Origin: Gammaproteobacteria bacterium
GTDB lineage: Bacteria; Pseudomonadota; Gammaproteobacteria; CAJXQU01
NCBI GenBank assembly: GCA_965238175.1
Contig: CBDEGZ010000003.1
Span: forward strand, 2,048,001-2,112,000
Direction: 5' to 3'
DNA: 64,000 nt
In this document: positions 1 through 12,028 of the stretch, piece after piece
How the letters are laid out: each line of letters starts with the position of its first letter
Numbering within the stretch: position 1 is the first letter of the stretch
Made by a program: the position numbers and the translations under genes
The notes under the pieces: generated by a model
Database searches by the model: none
Seen by the model: the letters and a program-made list of their open reading frames with translations, nothing else
What the model was told of the DNA's origin: nothing

Positions 1-303
1 GTCAAGATAGATAATCAGGTACAAATTGCACACAATGTCCATATTGGCGAAAATACGGCTATTGCTGGTTGTGTAGGAATTGCTGGAAGTGCCAGGATTG
101 GTAAACGTTGTATGATAGGTGGTGGTGCTGGGATTGTTGGACATATTGAGATAGCGGATGATGTGATAATCCGAGCGATGAGTATGGTGACTAAATCAAT
201 AAAAGAGTCAGGTGATTACTCTTCTGCATGGCCGGCTAGAGAAGCTAAAGCTTGGCGAAAAACGGTTGCTAAAGTTCATCGGTTAGAGAAGACTAAAAAA
301 TAA
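1..303 (+). CDS. lpxD: UDP-3-O-acyl-glucosamine N-acyltransferase, 3' part (5' end outside the window)
   Basis: Frame 1 is open from base 1 (VKIDNQVQIAHNVHIG...), with hexapeptide repeats, and precedes fabZ-lpxA. Confidence 0.95.
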   Translation, partial: VKIDNQVQIAHNVHIGENTAIAGCVGIAGSARIGKRCMIGGGAGIVGHIEIADDVIIRAMSMVTKSIKESGDYSSAWPAREAKAWRKTVAKVHRLEKTKK

Positions 304-355
304 TTGCCTATACATATTCAAGTTATAGGCTGAATAAAAACAAAAGGTTTTCACT

Positions 356-808
356 ATGGAATCAGGAATGGATATTAACGAAATCAAGACTTTGCTTCCG
401 CATCGTTACCCAATGCTGTTAATAGATAGAGTATTAGATTGCGTACCTGACAAATCGTTGATCGGAATCAAAAATGTAACTATCAACGAACCTTTTTTTT
501 CTGGACATTTCCCTAACAAACCTATTATGCCAGGAGTGTTAATTCTTGAAGCATTAGCACAAGCAACAGGTGTCTTGGCTTTTTATTCGCTAAATAAGCA
601 ATTAACCAACAATACACTTTATTATCTTGTAGGCATAGATAAGGCTCGGTTTAAACAGCCTGTTGAACCTGGCGATCAATTACGCTTGGAAATAACACAG
701 ACACGAGAAATTAAAGGCATCTATAGGTTCGATGCTGTAGCTAAAGTTGAAGGTAAGGTTGTTGTGACCGCAGAAATAATGACGGCTAAGCAGGAAGTGG
801 ATCCTTGA
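356..808 (+). CDS. fabZ: 3-hydroxyacyl-ACP dehydratase
   Basis: [13 protein letters not shown] and [18 protein letters not shown] motifs; synteny. Confidence 0.97.
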   Translation: MESGMDINEIKTLLPHRYPMLLIDRVLDCVPDKSLIGIKNVTINEPFFSGHFPNKPIMPGVLILEALAQATGVLAFYSLNKQLTNNTLYYLVGIDKARFKQPVEPGDQLRLEITQTREIKGIYRFDAVAKVEGKVVVTAEIMTAKQEVDP

Positions 809-1578
809 TAGATCCAGATGCAAGAATATCGCAAGACGCGGTGATTGCAGAAGGAGTTACTATAGGTGCGGGATCCATAATTGGTGCTGATGTGGAAATA
901 GAAACAGGCACTAAAATTGGTTCTCACGTCATTATAAATGGCCCAACAAAGATCGGCAAAGATAATAAAATCTACCAATTTGCTTCCATTGGTGAAGACC
1001 CTCAAGATAAAAAGTTCCACGGAGAGACGGATTCAAGACTGGAAATAGGCGAACGTAATACCATCCGGGAATTTTGTACTTTTAATAGAGGTACGAAAGA
1101 TGGTGGAGGTGTGACGAAGATTGCAGATGATAACTGGATAATGGCGTATGTACACATTGCACATGATTGCCTGGTAGGAAACAATACTGTCTTTGCTAAT
1201 GGAACAACACTTGCGGGACATGTGGAAATTGGAGACTACGCTATTCTTGGCGGAAGCACGATGGTACACCAATTCTGTAAAATTGGATCTCATACAATCA
1301 CCCGTTTTTCAACGGGTACATCAAAAGATATTCCACCGTATATGGTTGCTGCCTGGGATCCTGCAAAACCAAAAGGCATTAACAGAGAAGGTCTAAAACG
1401 TCGTGGGTTTTCGAGTGAAACAATAGAGTCATTGCGTCAGGCATTCAAGATAATTTATCGTAATAACCTGACTATCAAAGATGCTTGTGCGCGTATAGAA
1501 GATATGATCGAAGATTGTCCTGAGATTGCTTTATTACAATCCTTTATCGCCAATAGTGAAAGAGGCATTATCCGCTGA
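805..1578 (+). CDS. lpxA: UDP-N-acetylglucosamine O-acyltransferase
   Basis: Hexapeptide repeats, [16 protein letters not shown]. Confidence 0.97.
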   Translation: MIDPDARISQDAVIAEGVTIGAGSIIGADVEIETGTKIGSHVIINGPTKIGKDNKIYQFASIGEDPQDKKFHGETDSRLEIGERNTIREFCTFNRGTKDGGGVTKIADDNWIMAYVHIAHDCLVGNNTVFANGTTLAGHVEIGDYAILGGSTMVHQFCKIGSHTITRFSTGTSKDIPPYMVAAWDPAKPKGINREGLKRRGFSSETIESLRQAFKIIYRNNLTIKDACARIEDMIEDCPEIALLQSFIANSERGIIR

Positions 1579-1600
1579 AAGTTCAGTTTTATAATCAATC

Positions 1601-2734
1601 ATGAAGATAGGTATTGTTGCCGGAGAAATATCCGGGGATGACCTTGGAGCAGGATTGATTAAAGCGATCAAATCAAGATACCCAGATGCTGAATTTATTG
1701 GCGTCGCTGGCCCTGCTATGTTGAATGCAGGATGCAAGAGCTTATTTCCGATAGATAAGCTTTCTGTAATGGGTTTAATAGAAGTTTTGCGGCATTACCG
1801 TGAACTCCATGGTATTCGCACTCAATTGATCCAATATTTTATTGAGAATCCCCCGGATGTCTTTATTGGAATTGATTATCCTGGATTTAATATTGGTCTT
1901 GAATCTAAACTCAAAGAAAATGGAATCAAAACGGTTCATTATGTATGCCCTCAGGTATGGGCTTGGAGAGAAGGACGCTTACCGAAAATAGCAAAAGCAG
2001 TTGATCTGATACTTGCAATTCTGCCATTCGAAGAAGATTACTTAAAAAAGCATCAAATTCCTGTTCGATTTATTGGCCACAATCTTGCTGACGAAATTCC
2101 TGATCGTGTTGAGCAAAATGGAATAAGAGAAAAATGGTCGATACCTGAAAATAAAAAAGTCATTGCATTGATGCCCGGAAGCCGAGCAAAAGAGTGGCAT
2201 TATCATATGGATGTTTTTATCGACACCGCAAAATGGTGCTTGGATAAACGATCAGATCTACACTTTATTGCGGTGATGGTTAATCAGAAGGCAGAAAATT
2301 TGTTTGTAGCTCAATTACAAGACTCAGCTCCTGATTTACCGGTGACTTTTATTCAGAATAATTCATTTGATTCAATCGCAGCTTCAGACGCGGTGCTTTG
2401 TGTTTCAGGTACGGCAGCGCTTGAGATTATGTTACTTAAGCGACCCATGGTTGTTGCTTATAGAATGGCGTTTATAAGTTACCACATATTTAAAAGATTG
2501 ATCAAAACAGCTTATATATCCCTTCCCAACTTGCTTAGTAAAGAACAATTGGTGCCGGAATACATACAAGATCAAGTGACTGTAGAAAATTTGGGTTTTG
2601 AATTAATGAAGTTCTTAGAACAACCAGAGGAACTTGCTGTATTACAAGCAAAGTTTCAGATGATACATGATCAACTACGTTGTAATGCCAGCGAACAGGC
2701 TGCAGATGCTATTCTGGCACTTTGTGAAAAATGA
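1601..2734 (+). CDS. lpxB: Lipid-A-disaccharide synthase
   Basis: AGEISGD, IDYPGFN, PQVWAWR, PGSR. Confidence 0.97.
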   Translation: MKIGIVAGEISGDDLGAGLIKAIKSRYPDAEFIGVAGPAMLNAGCKSLFPIDKLSVMGLIEVLRHYRELHGIRTQLIQYFIENPPDVFIGIDYPGFNIGLESKLKENGIKTVHYVCPQVWAWREGRLPKIAKAVDLILAILPFEEDYLKKHQIPVRFIGHNLADEIPDRVEQNGIREKWSIPENKKVIALMPGSRAKEWHYHMDVFIDTAKWCLDKRSDLHFIAVMVNQKAENLFVAQLQDSAPDLPVTFIQNNSFDSIAASDAVLCVSGTAALEIMLLKRPMVVAYRMAFISYHIFKRLIKTAYISLPNLLSKEQLVPEYIQDQVTVENLGFELMKFLEQPEELAVLQAKFQMIHDQLRCNASEQAADAILALCEK

Positions 2735-3297
2735 TTATTGCTGGCGTTGATGAGGTGGGGCGAGGGCCGTTATTTGGATCGGTTGTTACTGCTGCCGTTA
2801 TTCTGCCAGATGGGGTTTCAATTTCAGGCTTGGCCGACTCAAAAAAATTATCGGAAAAACGTCGTGAATTACTTTATGAGGTAATTACAAAAGAGGCGTG
2901 TTGCTGGGCAATTGGGCAGGCTAGCGCTGAAGAAATCGATCAGATAAATATATTGCAAGCGACAATGTTGGCCATGCGTCGAGCCGTGGAAGCACTAGCG
3001 ATAAAGCCAGATCATGTACAAGTGGATGGAAACCGTTGTCCAGCAATTGATCATATCTGTACAGTAGAGGCGATAATAAAGGGTGATGGTACTATTCCTG
3101 TGATCAGTGCCGCATCAATAATTGCTAAGGTAACGCGTGATCGTCAGATGCTTGCAATGGACGAGAAATTTCCCGAATATGGTTTTGCAAAACACAAAGG
3201 GTATCCAACGCGCGAGCACTTGGCGGCACTTGCCAAATATGGTGTTCTTGACGAACACCGTAAATCATTTGGTCCAGTTAGAAAACTACAACAATGA
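2731..3297 (+). CDS. rnhB: Ribonuclease HII
   Basis: [32 protein letters not shown]. Confidence 0.97.
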   Translation: MIIAGVDEVGRGPLFGSVVTAAVILPDGVSISGLADSKKLSEKRRELLYEVITKEACCWAIGQASAEEIDQINILQATMLAMRRAVEALAIKPDHVQVDGNRCPAIDHICTVEAIIKGDGTIPVISAASIIAKVTRDRQMLAMDEKFPEYGFAKHKGYPTREHLAALAKYGVLDEHRKSFGPVRKLQQ

Positions 3298-3316
3298 ATT
3301 TTTGCCTGATGATGTC

Positions 3317-6300
3317 ATGACTCAATTTATTCATCTTAATATACACACCGAGTATTCTGTCGTTGATGGTTTGGTTAGTGTTAAACCATTGATCAGCAAA
3401 ATGGTTGAGATGAAGTTGCCCGCTGTGGCGATTACGGACAGAAATAATCTCTACGCGACCATCAAGCTTTATCATGCAGCACAATCCGCCGGAATAAAAC
3501 CAATAATTGGTGCAGAGTTATTACTCGCACCATCAGAGCCTGATAATGAGCCGACTAATTTTGTGGTGCTCTGTCAGAACCATGAAGGTTATAAAAATCT
3601 TTCCCGCTTGATTACAAAAGCTCATCTTGAAGGACAAGATACAGGAGTTCCAGTTACAAAATGGGATTGGCTTAAGATCTACTCGCAAGGTTTAATCATT
3701 CTTTCGGGTGCTGATCAGGGTGAAATTGGCCAGTTGCTCACTTCAGGAAATTTATCAGAAGCAGGTGAGCGTTGCAGAGCATGGAAAGAATTGTTCGGTG
3801 ATAGATTCTATCTGGAATTACAGCGAATCGGTAAACCTGACGAAGACAATTTGATTGAAGATACTCTTGATCTAGCTGTCGAATTTGCAATACCAGTGGT
3901 AGCGACTAATGCAGCAAGGTTTCTTGAAACAGAAACTTTTGAGTCTCACGAAGCGCGAGTCTGTATCCATGATGGGCGAACATTAGATGATCCGAGGAGA
4001 TCAAAAAAGTATACACAGCAGCAATATATTCGATCATCAGAAGAAATGATCGAACTGTTTAAAGATATTCCAGAAGCAATTGAAAATACTGGATTAATAG
4101 CACAGCGCTGCAATATCGAATTTACCTCAGGTATCTATCATTTACCCGATTTCCCAGTGCCGGAAGCTGTGACGATAGATGATTGGTTGCGCCAATCTAG
4201 TCGAGAAGGGTTGGAAAAACGATTAGCTATTTTACTGGATCCGCAATCAGACGGTTTTTCTGATCAAAGAAAAGTGTACGACGAACGTCTTGAGCGAGAA
4301 CTCGGCGTCATTATACAGATGGGCTTTCCCGGATACTTTTTGATCGTTGCTGATTTTATTCAGTGGGCGAAGGACAATGCGATCCCTGTCGGGCCAGGAC
4401 GTGGATCGGGTGCGGGTTCTCTGGTTGCGTATTCATTAGGGATCACAGATTTAGATCCGCTCGAATATGATCTTTTATTTGAGCGTTTTTTAAATCCAGA
4501 ACGTGTTTCGATGCCAGATTTTGATATCGACTTCTGTATGGATCGCCGGGATGAAGTGATCGACTATGTTGCAAGAAAATATGGCCGCGATCATGTTTCT
4601 CAGATCATTACTCATGGAACCATGGCTGCTAAAGCTGTGGTCCGAGACTGTGGTCGAGTTTTAGGTTTTCCATATGGTTTTGTTGATCAAATTTCAAAAC
4701 TGATCCCTTTTGAATTGAAGATGACGCTGGAAAAAGCGCTTAAACAAGAAGAAGTTTTGCGCGAACGTTATGAACAGGAAGAAGACGTTCAAACTTTGAT
4801 AGATCTTGCGCTTAAGCTTGAGGGAACAGTAAGAAATGTAGGTAAACATGCAGGAGGAGTGGTGATCGCACCTTCGGCAATGTCCGATTTTGTGCCACTT
4901 TATTGTGAACCGGATAACCCAAGTGTCGTCTGTCAATTTGATATGAACGATGTTGAATCGATAGGCTTGGTGAAATTCGATTTCTTAGGCCTGAGAACCT
5001 TGACGATTATCGACTGGGCGGTTCGCGATGCAAATATTCAACGGGCGGAAATGAATGAGCCTCCCATTGATATTACTCAATTGCCACTTGATGATGAGAA
5101 AACCTATCAGCTGTTTGCCCAGGCAAATACGATGGCTATTTTTCAGTTTGAATCTCGGGGTATGCGCGACATGCTTAAGAGTGCAAAACCGGATCGTTTT
5201 GAAGATATTATCGCCCTGGTTTCTTTATACCGCCCTGGGCCGATGGAGTTGATCCCGGATTTTGTAGATCGAAAATACGGCAAAAAATTTGAATATTTAC
5301 ACCCATTTCTCGAACCCATCCAACGTTCAACGTACGGGATTATGGTCTACCAGGAACAAGTTATGCAGGCTGCGCAAGAATGCGCTGGTTTCACGCTTGG
5401 AGGTGCTGATCTATTACGTCGCGCTATGGGTAAAAAGAAAGCTGAAGAGATGGCAAAACAGCGCACCTTGTTTGTGGAAGGTGCTAGTAAGAAAGGGATA
5501 GAAGAGAACAAAGCTAATGAAATTTTCGATTATATGGAGAAATTTGCTGGCTATGGTTTCAACAAATCTCATGCTGCAGCTTATGCATTAGTTGCCTATC
5601 AAACTGCCTGGTTAAAGACTTATTATCCTGCGGCCTTTATGGCGGCGGTATTATCCTCAGATATGGATAATACCGATAAAGTGGTTGGCTTTATTGATGA
5701 ATGTAGGCATATGAGTGTCGAGGTGGTTTCGCCAGATGTCAATGTTTGTCAATCTAAGTTTACTGTACAGGATGAGAAAACCATCCGTTATGGACTTGGC
5801 GCCATTAAAGGTGTTGGTGAGTCTGCTATTGATGATCTGTCAGAGGAGCGGGCTGAAAATGGCAGGTTTACTGATTTATTTGATCTTTGCCGAAGAATGG
5901 ATACGCGCAAAGTTAATCGTCGGGTACTTGAGGCGTTAATTAAAACGGGTGCTTTAGATGAGCTAGGTCCTGGCCGAAGTTCAATGATGGCTTCATTGGA
6001 CAGTGCTCTAAAGATGGCCGATCAACATTCCAAAAACAAGTCTGCTGGCCAAAACGACATGTTTGGTTTAATGGCAAATGCTGAAGATACAATCTCAAAC
6101 AGTTCTTTTACCTTAGTTAAAGACTGGACGGAGGAAGAGGTTTTATTTGCTGAGAAGGCCACCCTTGGGCTCTACCTATCTGGACATCCTATTGATCGTT
6201 ATGAGAATGAACTGAACAAGTTGATCAGCTATCGACTCAGTGATCTCAAACCTGGTACGCGTCGCGTTGCAGGTTTAATTATAGGAATTCGTGTGATCAA

Positions 6301-6760
6301 TGCGCGCCGAGGTAGAATGGCAATAGTAACGCTTGATGACAAAACCGGGCGTGTTGATATTGTTGTCTATACAGAAGTGCTTGAGGAATATGGTGAGTTT
6401 TTGCTCAAAGATAGAATTATTGTGGTGGAAGGTGAATGTCGTGAAGATAATTACAGTGATGGTTTTTCTATTGTTGCAGAGCAAATCGCAGATATTGAAA
6501 AATCACGCGCAAATTATGCCCGACAACTAGTGATCAAAATCGATCAATCTGAATTAGACTTGAATGGTTTAATACCTGAGCTACAAGAAATCCTTTCACC
6601 TTATAAAAATGGTGCATGTCGGATCATGTTAGATTTTCAGCGTAAAGAAGCCGCAACGCGCATGTGTCTGGGTAAAGATTGGCGTGTGCAACTGCCGGAT
6701 AAGTTAATCGAACAACTAAAAGACAGGCTAGGCGAAGGTCATGTTAACGTTGAGTATTAA
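3317..6760 (+). CDS. dnaE: DNA polymerase III alpha subunit
   Basis: PHP domain (FIHLNIHTEYS), GPGRGSGAGS, MPDFDIDF, YGFNKSH. Start moved to ATG 3317 because the ORF-track extension overlaps rnhB. Confidence 0.97.
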   Translation: MTQFIHLNIHTEYSVVDGLVSVKPLISKMVEMKLPAVAITDRNNLYATIKLYHAAQSAGIKPIIGAELLLAPSEPDNEPTNFVVLCQNHEGYKNLSRLITKAHLEGQDTGVPVTKWDWLKIYSQGLIILSGADQGEIGQLLTSGNLSEAGERCRAWKELFGDRFYLELQRIGKPDEDNLIEDTLDLAVEFAIPVVATNAARFLETETFESHEARVCIHDGRTLDDPRRSKKYTQQQYIRSSEEMIELFKDIPEAIENTGLIAQRCNIEFTSGIYHLPDFPVPEAVTIDDWLRQSSREGLEKRLAILLDPQSDGFSDQRKVYDERLERELGVIIQMGFPGYFLIVADFIQWAKDNAIPVGPGRGSGAGSLVAYSLGITDLDPLEYDLLFERFLNPERVSMPDFDIDFCMDRRDEVIDYVARKYGRDHVSQIITHGTMAAKAVVRDCGRVLGFPYGFVDQISKLIPFELKMTLEKALKQEEVLRERYEQEEDVQTLIDLALKLEGTVRNVGKHAGGVVIAPSAMSDFVPLYCEPDNPSVVCQFDMNDVESIGLVKFDFLGLRTLTIIDWAVRDANIQRAEMNEPPIDITQLPLDDEKTYQLFAQANTMAIFQFESRGMRDMLKSAKPDRFEDIIALVSLYRPGPMELIPDFVDRKYGKKFEYLHPFLEPIQRSTYGIMVYQEQVMQAAQECAGFTLGGADLLRRAMGKKKAEEMAKQRTLFVEGASKKGIEENKANEIFDYMEKFAGYGFNKSHAAAYALVAYQTAWLKTYYPAAFMAAVLSSDMDNTDKVVGFIDECRHMSVEVVSPDVNVCQSKFTVQDEKTIRYGLGAIKGVGESAIDDLSEERAENGRFTDLFDLCRRMDTRKVNRRVLEALIKTGALDELGPGRSSMMASLDSALKMADQHSKNKSAGQNDMFGLMANAEDTISNSSFTLVKDWTEEEVLFAEKATLGLYLSGHPIDRYENELNKLISYRLSDLKPGTRRVAGLIIGIRVINARRGRMAIVTLDDKTGRVDIVVYTEVLEEYGEFLLKDRIIVVEGECREDNYSDGFSIVAEQIADIEKSRANYARQLVIKIDQSELDLNGLIPELQEILSPYKNGACRIMLDFQRKEAATRMCLGKDWRVQLPDKLIEQLKDRLGEGHVNVEY

Positions 6761-6835
6761 CACCATAAATATATCCTCGTCAATACAGCTCATGATAGAA
6801 TCTGGGATCAATAACTATAAGAGAATAAGGAAGGC

Positions 6836-7795
6836 ATGGCTTTGAATTTTTTAGATTTTGAACAACCAATTGCAGATCTCGAAGCGAAAATCGAGGAATT
6901 ACGCTTTCTTGGTGATGATACTGAAATTGATATTAATGAAGAGATCGGCCGACTAAAAGTTCGCTCCAGAGATCTAACAGAATCTATTTTTTCCAATCTG
7001 AATGCTGTACAGATCTCTAAGCTCGCACGCCATCCAAAACGGCCTTATACGCTGGATTATATTGAACATATATTTACTGATTTTATTGAGTTGCATGGTG
7101 ATCGCCAGTATGCCGATGACGCAGCGCTAGTGTGTGGTATGGCAAAATTGGATGGGCAACCGGTTGTAATTATCGGTCATCAAAAGGGTCGTAACACCAA
7201 AGAAAACATTCATCGTAATTTCGGTATGCCGCGACCAGAAGGTTATCGAAAAGCACTGCGTGTTATGAAGTTAGCGGAAAAATTTAATCTTCCACTTTTA
7301 ACTTTTATCGATACACCGGGAGCGTATCCTGGCATTGGAGCAGAAGAGCGAGGACAGAGCGAAGCCATTGCTAGAAATTTATTTGTTATGTCGCGTTTAA
7401 AAACGCCGATTATTTCAACGATCATTGGTGAAGGTGGTTCTGGAGGGGCTCTAGCCATTGGTGTTCCTGATAAATCATTAATGTTGGAATACAGTACCTA
7501 CTCTGTTATTTCGCCGGAAGGTTGCGCTAGCATCCTCTGGAAGAGTGCAGATAAGGCGGAACAAGCCGCTGAAGCCATGGGTATCACCTCTAGACGTTTA
7601 AGTGAACTTGAGCTCGTTGATGAGGTTGTGAAAGAGCCTCCAGGTGGTGCTCATAGAGATGTTACAGGCGCGGCAGCTAATCTAAAAGAACTGCTTTTGA
7701 CAACCTTATCTGAATTAATGCCTGTTAATAAAGATGAACTTCTTGCAGCACGTTATCAGAAAGTTATTCAAGCAGGACATTTTGTTACGAACTAG
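6836..7795 (+). CDS. accA: Acetyl-CoA carboxylase carboxyltransferase alpha
   Basis: [26 protein letters not shown]. Confidence 0.97.
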   Translation: MALNFLDFEQPIADLEAKIEELRFLGDDTEIDINEEIGRLKVRSRDLTESIFSNLNAVQISKLARHPKRPYTLDYIEHIFTDFIELHGDRQYADDAALVCGMAKLDGQPVVIIGHQKGRNTKENIHRNFGMPRPEGYRKALRVMKLAEKFNLPLLTFIDTPGAYPGIGAEERGQSEAIARNLFVMSRLKTPIISTIIGEGGSGGALAIGVPDKSLMLEYSTYSVISPEGCASILWKSADKAEQAAEAMGITSRRLSELELVDEVVKEPPGGAHRDVTGAAANLKELLLTTLSELMPVNKDELLAARYQKVIQAGHFVTN

Positions 7796-7801
7796 CCGGT
7801 G

Positions 7802-9130
7802 ATGGCTTTTTCCGCAGATTATCTACGACAAAAACTCTCATCTTTACCGACGAAGGTAAAACGATACCTTGTTGGCTTTAGTGGCGGTCTTGATTCTCAT
7901 GTTCTTCTCCAGACCTTAAGTGAATTGCAACTCGGGTACGGTATAACCGCTATTCATATTAACCATTCAATAAATGATCAGTCTGATCAATGGCAAGCAC
8001 ATTGTGCAAAGATCGCGGGTGATTTGAATGTTGAATTTCATGCAGAAATAGTCGATGCAAACCCTCCTAAAAGTGAAAGTCCCGAAGCTTGGGCTCGCTT
8101 AAAACGTTATGAAGTTTTTTCAGGATTTATGCAGGAAGGTGATTTTTTGCTCCTGGCGCATCATCAAGATGATCAAATAGAAACATTTTTTCTACAACTA
8201 TTACGTGGATCGGGTCCACTGGGGTTGTCGGCAATGCAGCCGTTTTCACCTTTTTCTGAAGGTTGGATTGCGCGTCCACTACTTGATATTCCACGTGACA
8301 CGCTAGAAGTTTTTGCTAAGAAAAATCAATTGCAATGGATTGAAGATCCCAGTAATCAGGAAATAGCCTACGATCGAAATTTCTTACGCCACGAGATTTT
8401 GCCTATGATCAAAAGTAGATGGCCCGGTTGTAAAACTAGTCTGACGAGATCAATCTCTTTACAGTCCGAGGCCAGTGATTTGTTGTTGGAAATGGCAGAA
8501 GAAGATTTGAAAAGCATTTGTACTGGTGAAAACACTCATGTTTTGCCGATCTCAAATTTACAACAGAACAGTGATGTTCGAATGCGTAATATTTTAAGAC
8601 TGTGGATAAGAAGGGCAGGGTTTTCTTTGCCTTCATATAAGAAGCTTGAGCAAATTGTTGATAGCGTAATTTTTGCTGCCGAAGATAGATCACCTTGTGT
8701 AGGTTGGGATGGAGTTGAAGTTCGAAGATATCAAAACCATCTAATGATTATGACACCCGTAATCAATTTTGATCCTGAAATTTCTTTTTCCTGGGATTTG
8801 AACGAACCAATGATCTTGCCATCAGGAATAACATTAATGGCCAGAAAGACTACCGATAAGGGAGTTAAGATTGACGCAGATGTCGTGGATATCCATTTTC
8901 GACAAGGAGGTGAAGTACTTAAGTTAGCGGGGGAAAAGCATTCAATAACCCTTAAAAAATACCTGCAAGAGAAGGGAATTCCGCCCTGGTTACGAAATCA
9001 GATACCGTTGATTTATTCTAAAGATCGATTAGTAGCAGTTTCTGATCTTTGTATTATGCAAGAGTTTGTTGCAAGGTCAGAAGAAGGTTGGATAATAAGT
9101 TCGAGTGCTGAGAATAACAATCCCATTTAA
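7802..9130 (+). CDS. tilS: tRNA(Ile)-lysidine synthetase
   Basis: FSGGLDS PP-loop, AHHQDDQIET, RNFLRH; follows accA. Confidence 0.95.
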   Translation: MAFSADYLRQKLSSLPTKVKRYLVGFSGGLDSHVLLQTLSELQLGYGITAIHINHSINDQSDQWQAHCAKIAGDLNVEFHAEIVDANPPKSESPEAWARLKRYEVFSGFMQEGDFLLLAHHQDDQIETFFLQLLRGSGPLGLSAMQPFSPFSEGWIARPLLDIPRDTLEVFAKKNQLQWIEDPSNQEIAYDRNFLRHEILPMIKSRWPGCKTSLTRSISLQSEASDLLLEMAEEDLKSICTGENTHVLPISNLQQNSDVRMRNILRLWIRRAGFSLPSYKKLEQIVDSVIFAAEDRSPCVGWDGVEVRRYQNHLMIMTPVINFDPEISFSWDLNEPMILPSGITLMARKTTDKGVKIDADVVDIHFRQGGEVLKLAGEKHSITLKKYLQEKGIPPWLRNQIPLIYSKDRLVAVSDLCIMQEFVARSEEGWIISSSAENNNPI

Positions 9131-9153
9131 TAACATATCAAAATCATTTATCG

Positions 9154-10683
9154 CTAGATCTCATTAATATCGAGGACAAATTTCAACCTGACATCACCGA
9201 TATCAACTTTGTCACCATCTTTAATTTTACTCTTAGGAGTTTTAGTGTTGTTAAGATAAATGCCATTTAATGAATCTAGATCTGTCACCGTAAAATTACC
9301 ATGTTGATCTCGTTTGAATTCGGCATGTTTTCGAGAAATGGAAGAGTGTTCCAGGAACAAGTCACTTTGTCTTATTCGACCAACTAACCAGGGTGATTTG
9401 TTAATTTCGTAATAGACAGGATCCTCATCCAGTGAAACCAGCCAGGCAATAGGCTTTCCACCGTCATCTTTAATGATAACTTCTTCAGGTTTTTTGTTTC
9501 TGAAAAGGACGAAAGAGAGTAAGCCTAATACAAATAAACCTCCAGGAATGATCGGCCAATATTTTATAATCGGAGAGCCGCTAAAGAGCTCATGTTCTTG
9601 TTCCATGTCGTCCGTGTTTATTAAAGGTTCAATATTGTTCTCAGCTGGCTCTTTGTTTAGAACAGCCTCAGTATTATTCTCAATTGTTCTATTATCTATG
9701 CCACTGTCCTTGTTAATAGAAATAGTGCCGCTGTCTTTCAATTCTGCAACGGTTGAATCATTTGTTGAGGAGAGTTCCAGAGGCAGCTTGACGGTGATTT
9801 TTTTACTAGTTGTCTCGAATATAAGTAGCGCTAATTGGACACCAGAAACATCATTAGTAAGCACTCGTGTTAGATCAATAGTTAAAACACCGCCATTGTC
9901 GATAACCGCATATGGATCAGACATAAATGTTTCAGGCAACTCAAAATCATTCTCTGTTGCCTTGGTAAACATTCCACCCGTGTCAGTAGATAAGTTTGAC
10001 AGAGTTTCGGTTGTGTCTATTGGATTATCAGCAACTGGATAAGCAATTGATACGATTTTAATGGCCGATTCCTTTGCTGCTTTGACGACATCGGCATGAT
10101 AAATGGCTTGATCTTCATATACACCACTAGAAAAAAGATAAATTGCTTTTCTATCTGCTTGGCTGGATTTCAATAATTCTAATGCGTCAAGAACATTTCT
10201 ATAGAGTTCAGTTGGTTGATCTGTTTCTGTTAATTCATTAACTATATTAATGATTTCTTCTGGATCACTGCCGAGTGATTTTAAGATATTGAGACGAGAA
10301 TCAAATGTTGCCAGTCCAATTTGTTGGTAAGGCAGCGCTTGTTGCGCAAGCGCGGTCACTTGATTTTTGATTTGTGGTAATCGTTCTGGGTTTTCAGATT
10401 TACTACTATCAACAAGAAACAAAATACTAGTGGTACTCTCTTCAAAAGGATATGTTTTGATATCTTGAATTGGTAGTTCTGTTGTTCCAAGAGATGCAGA
10501 AATCATTTTCGTGATTTCAGGTTGGGTGAAACGGTAGGCACACTTTATGGCCTTGCTATCTTCAGTTTGAGCACATGTAAATTCGATATCTGAAGTTAAG
10601 ACCTGCGCGTGTTGAGCCCGCCCATTTTGTATGGATAGCAAAATAAAAGTCAAGATAACAATCGGATTTGTTATTCGTTTCAT
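9154..10683 (-). CDS. Signal peptide + vWA domain + TM helix + C-terminal FHA domain protein
   Basis: LFLVDSSKS (MIDAS-like), TM PIIPGGLFVLGLLSFVLF, FHA motif GR...SISRKHA...DLDSLNG. Confidence 0.8.
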   Translation of the reverse strand: MKRITNPIVILTFILLSIQNGRAQHAQVLTSDIEFTCAQTEDSKAIKCAYRFTQPEITKMISASLGTTELPIQDIKTYPFEESTTSILFLVDSSKSENPERLPQIKNQVTALAQQALPYQQIGLATFDSRLNILKSLGSDPEEIINIVNELTETDQPTELYRNVLDALELLKSSQADRKAIYLFSSGVYEDQAIYHADVVKAAKESAIKIVSIAYPVADNPIDTTETLSNLSTDTGGMFTKATENDFELPETFMSDPYAVIDNGGVLTIDLTRVLTNDVSGVQLALLIFETTSKKITVKLPLELSSTNDSTVAELKDSGTISINKDSGIDNRTIENNTEAVLNKEPAENNIEPLINTDDMEQEHELFSGSPIIKYWPIIPGGLFVLGLLSFVLFRNKKPEEVIIKDDGGKPIAWLVSLDEDPVYYEINKSPWLVGRIRQSDLFLEHSSISRKHAEFKRDQHGNFTVTDLDSLNGIYLNNTKTPKSKIKDGDKVDIGDVRLKFVLDINEI

Positions 10684-10857
10684 ACTAAATGCAATTTGAA
10701 TTTAATTTAGGCAGGCTGCATTTTGCACCAACACTGTGTTGGATGAAAGCCTTATCTAGCAAGCATTACGCTGACTTATGCTGATTGAATTATGATCTAA
10801 CACAATTTGACTTGTTCGACACAAGTCGAAACAGAAAAGCTGTCTAAATTGATTTAG

Positions 10858-11379
10858 TTATTTTTCTGGGAATAGTGGATCTGGCATATCAAAAAATTCC
10901 ACATTGACACTGATCTGCCCACCTTGCGTGCTGTCTTTTACTTCAGCAACAGGATTATCGCTTTCTGAAATTTCCCCCAGTTGTGGTAATTTTTTGTTTA
11001 GTTTTGCTTTTGCCTCGACCACTTTTTTATGTAGATTATTACTAAACGGTAGTTGGTAGGCACGAGGTGTTTTTGATTTTTTGCCTGAAGTCATATCAGA
11101 CAGCCATAGATAGATTGCACCATTGGTTCCAGCAATTTTGTCTGGTTCTTCGACATGTGCAGCAAGAAGGTGGAATCTTTCTGGAATATTTTTATCGCTT
11201 GTCGGCCAGCCTAATAGTGGAGGGAAGGAAAAGTAACAAACCAGGTAGAATAATGAGACTAAAACAATGGCACTGGCTTTGACTGGCCATGACCAAATGG
11301 AGTAAAGGTTAAGACTAAGCAGTAGCAAAGCTAATAGTAAAAAGGCGATTAGAAGCCCTGCAATACTTAAAGTAAACAT
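10858..11379 (-). CDS. Hypothetical membrane protein (2 N-terminal TMs + soluble domain)
   Basis: 173-aa ORF, hydrophobic N-terminus, co-oriented with and tightly spaced to the upstream genes. Confidence 0.75.
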   Translation of the reverse strand: MFTLSIAGLLIAFLLLALLLLSLNLYSIWSWPVKASAIVLVSLFYLVCYFSFPPLLGWPTSDKNIPERFHLLAAHVEEPDKIAGTNGAIYLWLSDMTSGKKSKTPRAYQLPFSNNLHKKVVEAKAKLNKKLPQLGEISESDNPVAEVKDSTQGGQISVNVEFFDMPDPLFPEK

Positions 11380-11392
11380 TATTCTTATTCTC

Positions 11393-12004
11393 CTAGCTAT
11401 TTATTACCAAGGGTTTGTACAGGTGATTAATGTCAGTCACTTTGCCATCAGATCCAATCACAAATCTAACGGCGGTTTTTTCATCACCCCGGGTTTCCAA
11501 TTTGTGCGTTCCGTAGTAGACAATTTCCAATGCAGGATTGACTTTAGCCAGTTTAACCTTAACGTTAACCGGTTGTTCTGTTTCCGAAGCGTAGTACTGA
11601 ACATTAACGACATACTCACCGGGGACAACACCGCGAATAGTGACAACTTCTTGATTTAATGGGTTGGTAATCTCTTCACCATTGATGGTAATGGTGTCAT
11701 TTGCTATACCACGGTCATCGCGATCAAGATGAATCAATCCAGCTTCGCGATTTCTGAACCAGATCAAATTACCTTTCGGATCTTCAACCCAGGTATCGAT
11801 ATCATCGGGTACATTATCTGGCCAGGTGATGGTAATAATATATTCAGCTTTAGGATCAATAATGCCTTTTTTGGCCACAGGGTTCATAAACATAATGGCT
11901 ATTATGAATAAAAAAGTGAAACCCAGCAGCGCATTAAAAAGTAGATCTGTGAATGGATCTGATGCATAACGCTGTTTCGCTTTTTGACTCCAGGAAAGTG
12001 CCAT
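11393..12004 (-). CDS. Single-TM protein with ExbD/MotB-like TM aspartate and a periplasmic beta domain (DUF2135/YfaP-like)
   Basis: PFTDLLFNALLGF TM; DIDTWVEDPKG...LDRDD...GEYVVNVQYY. Confidence 0.65.
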   Translation of the reverse strand: MALSWSQKAKQRYASDPFTDLLFNALLGFTFLFIIAIMFMNPVAKKGIIDPKAEYIITITWPDNVPDDIDTWVEDPKGNLIWFRNREAGLIHLDRDDRGIANDTITINGEEITNPLNQEVVTIRGVVPGEYVVNVQYYASETEQPVNVKVKLAKVNPALEIVYYGTHKLETRGDEKTAVRFVIGSDGKVTDINHLYKPLVINS

Positions 12005-12028
12005 TGTTTAGTTGCTCATCGTTTAGTT

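Noticed and set aside
3137-3316. N-terminal extension of dnaE in the ORF track
   Set aside because: It overlaps rnhB; the conserved PHP start is at ATG 3317
9473-10042. 189-aa plus-strand ORF and many other short ORFs overlapping identified genes
   Set aside because: Antisense or off-frame shadows with no motifs or RBS
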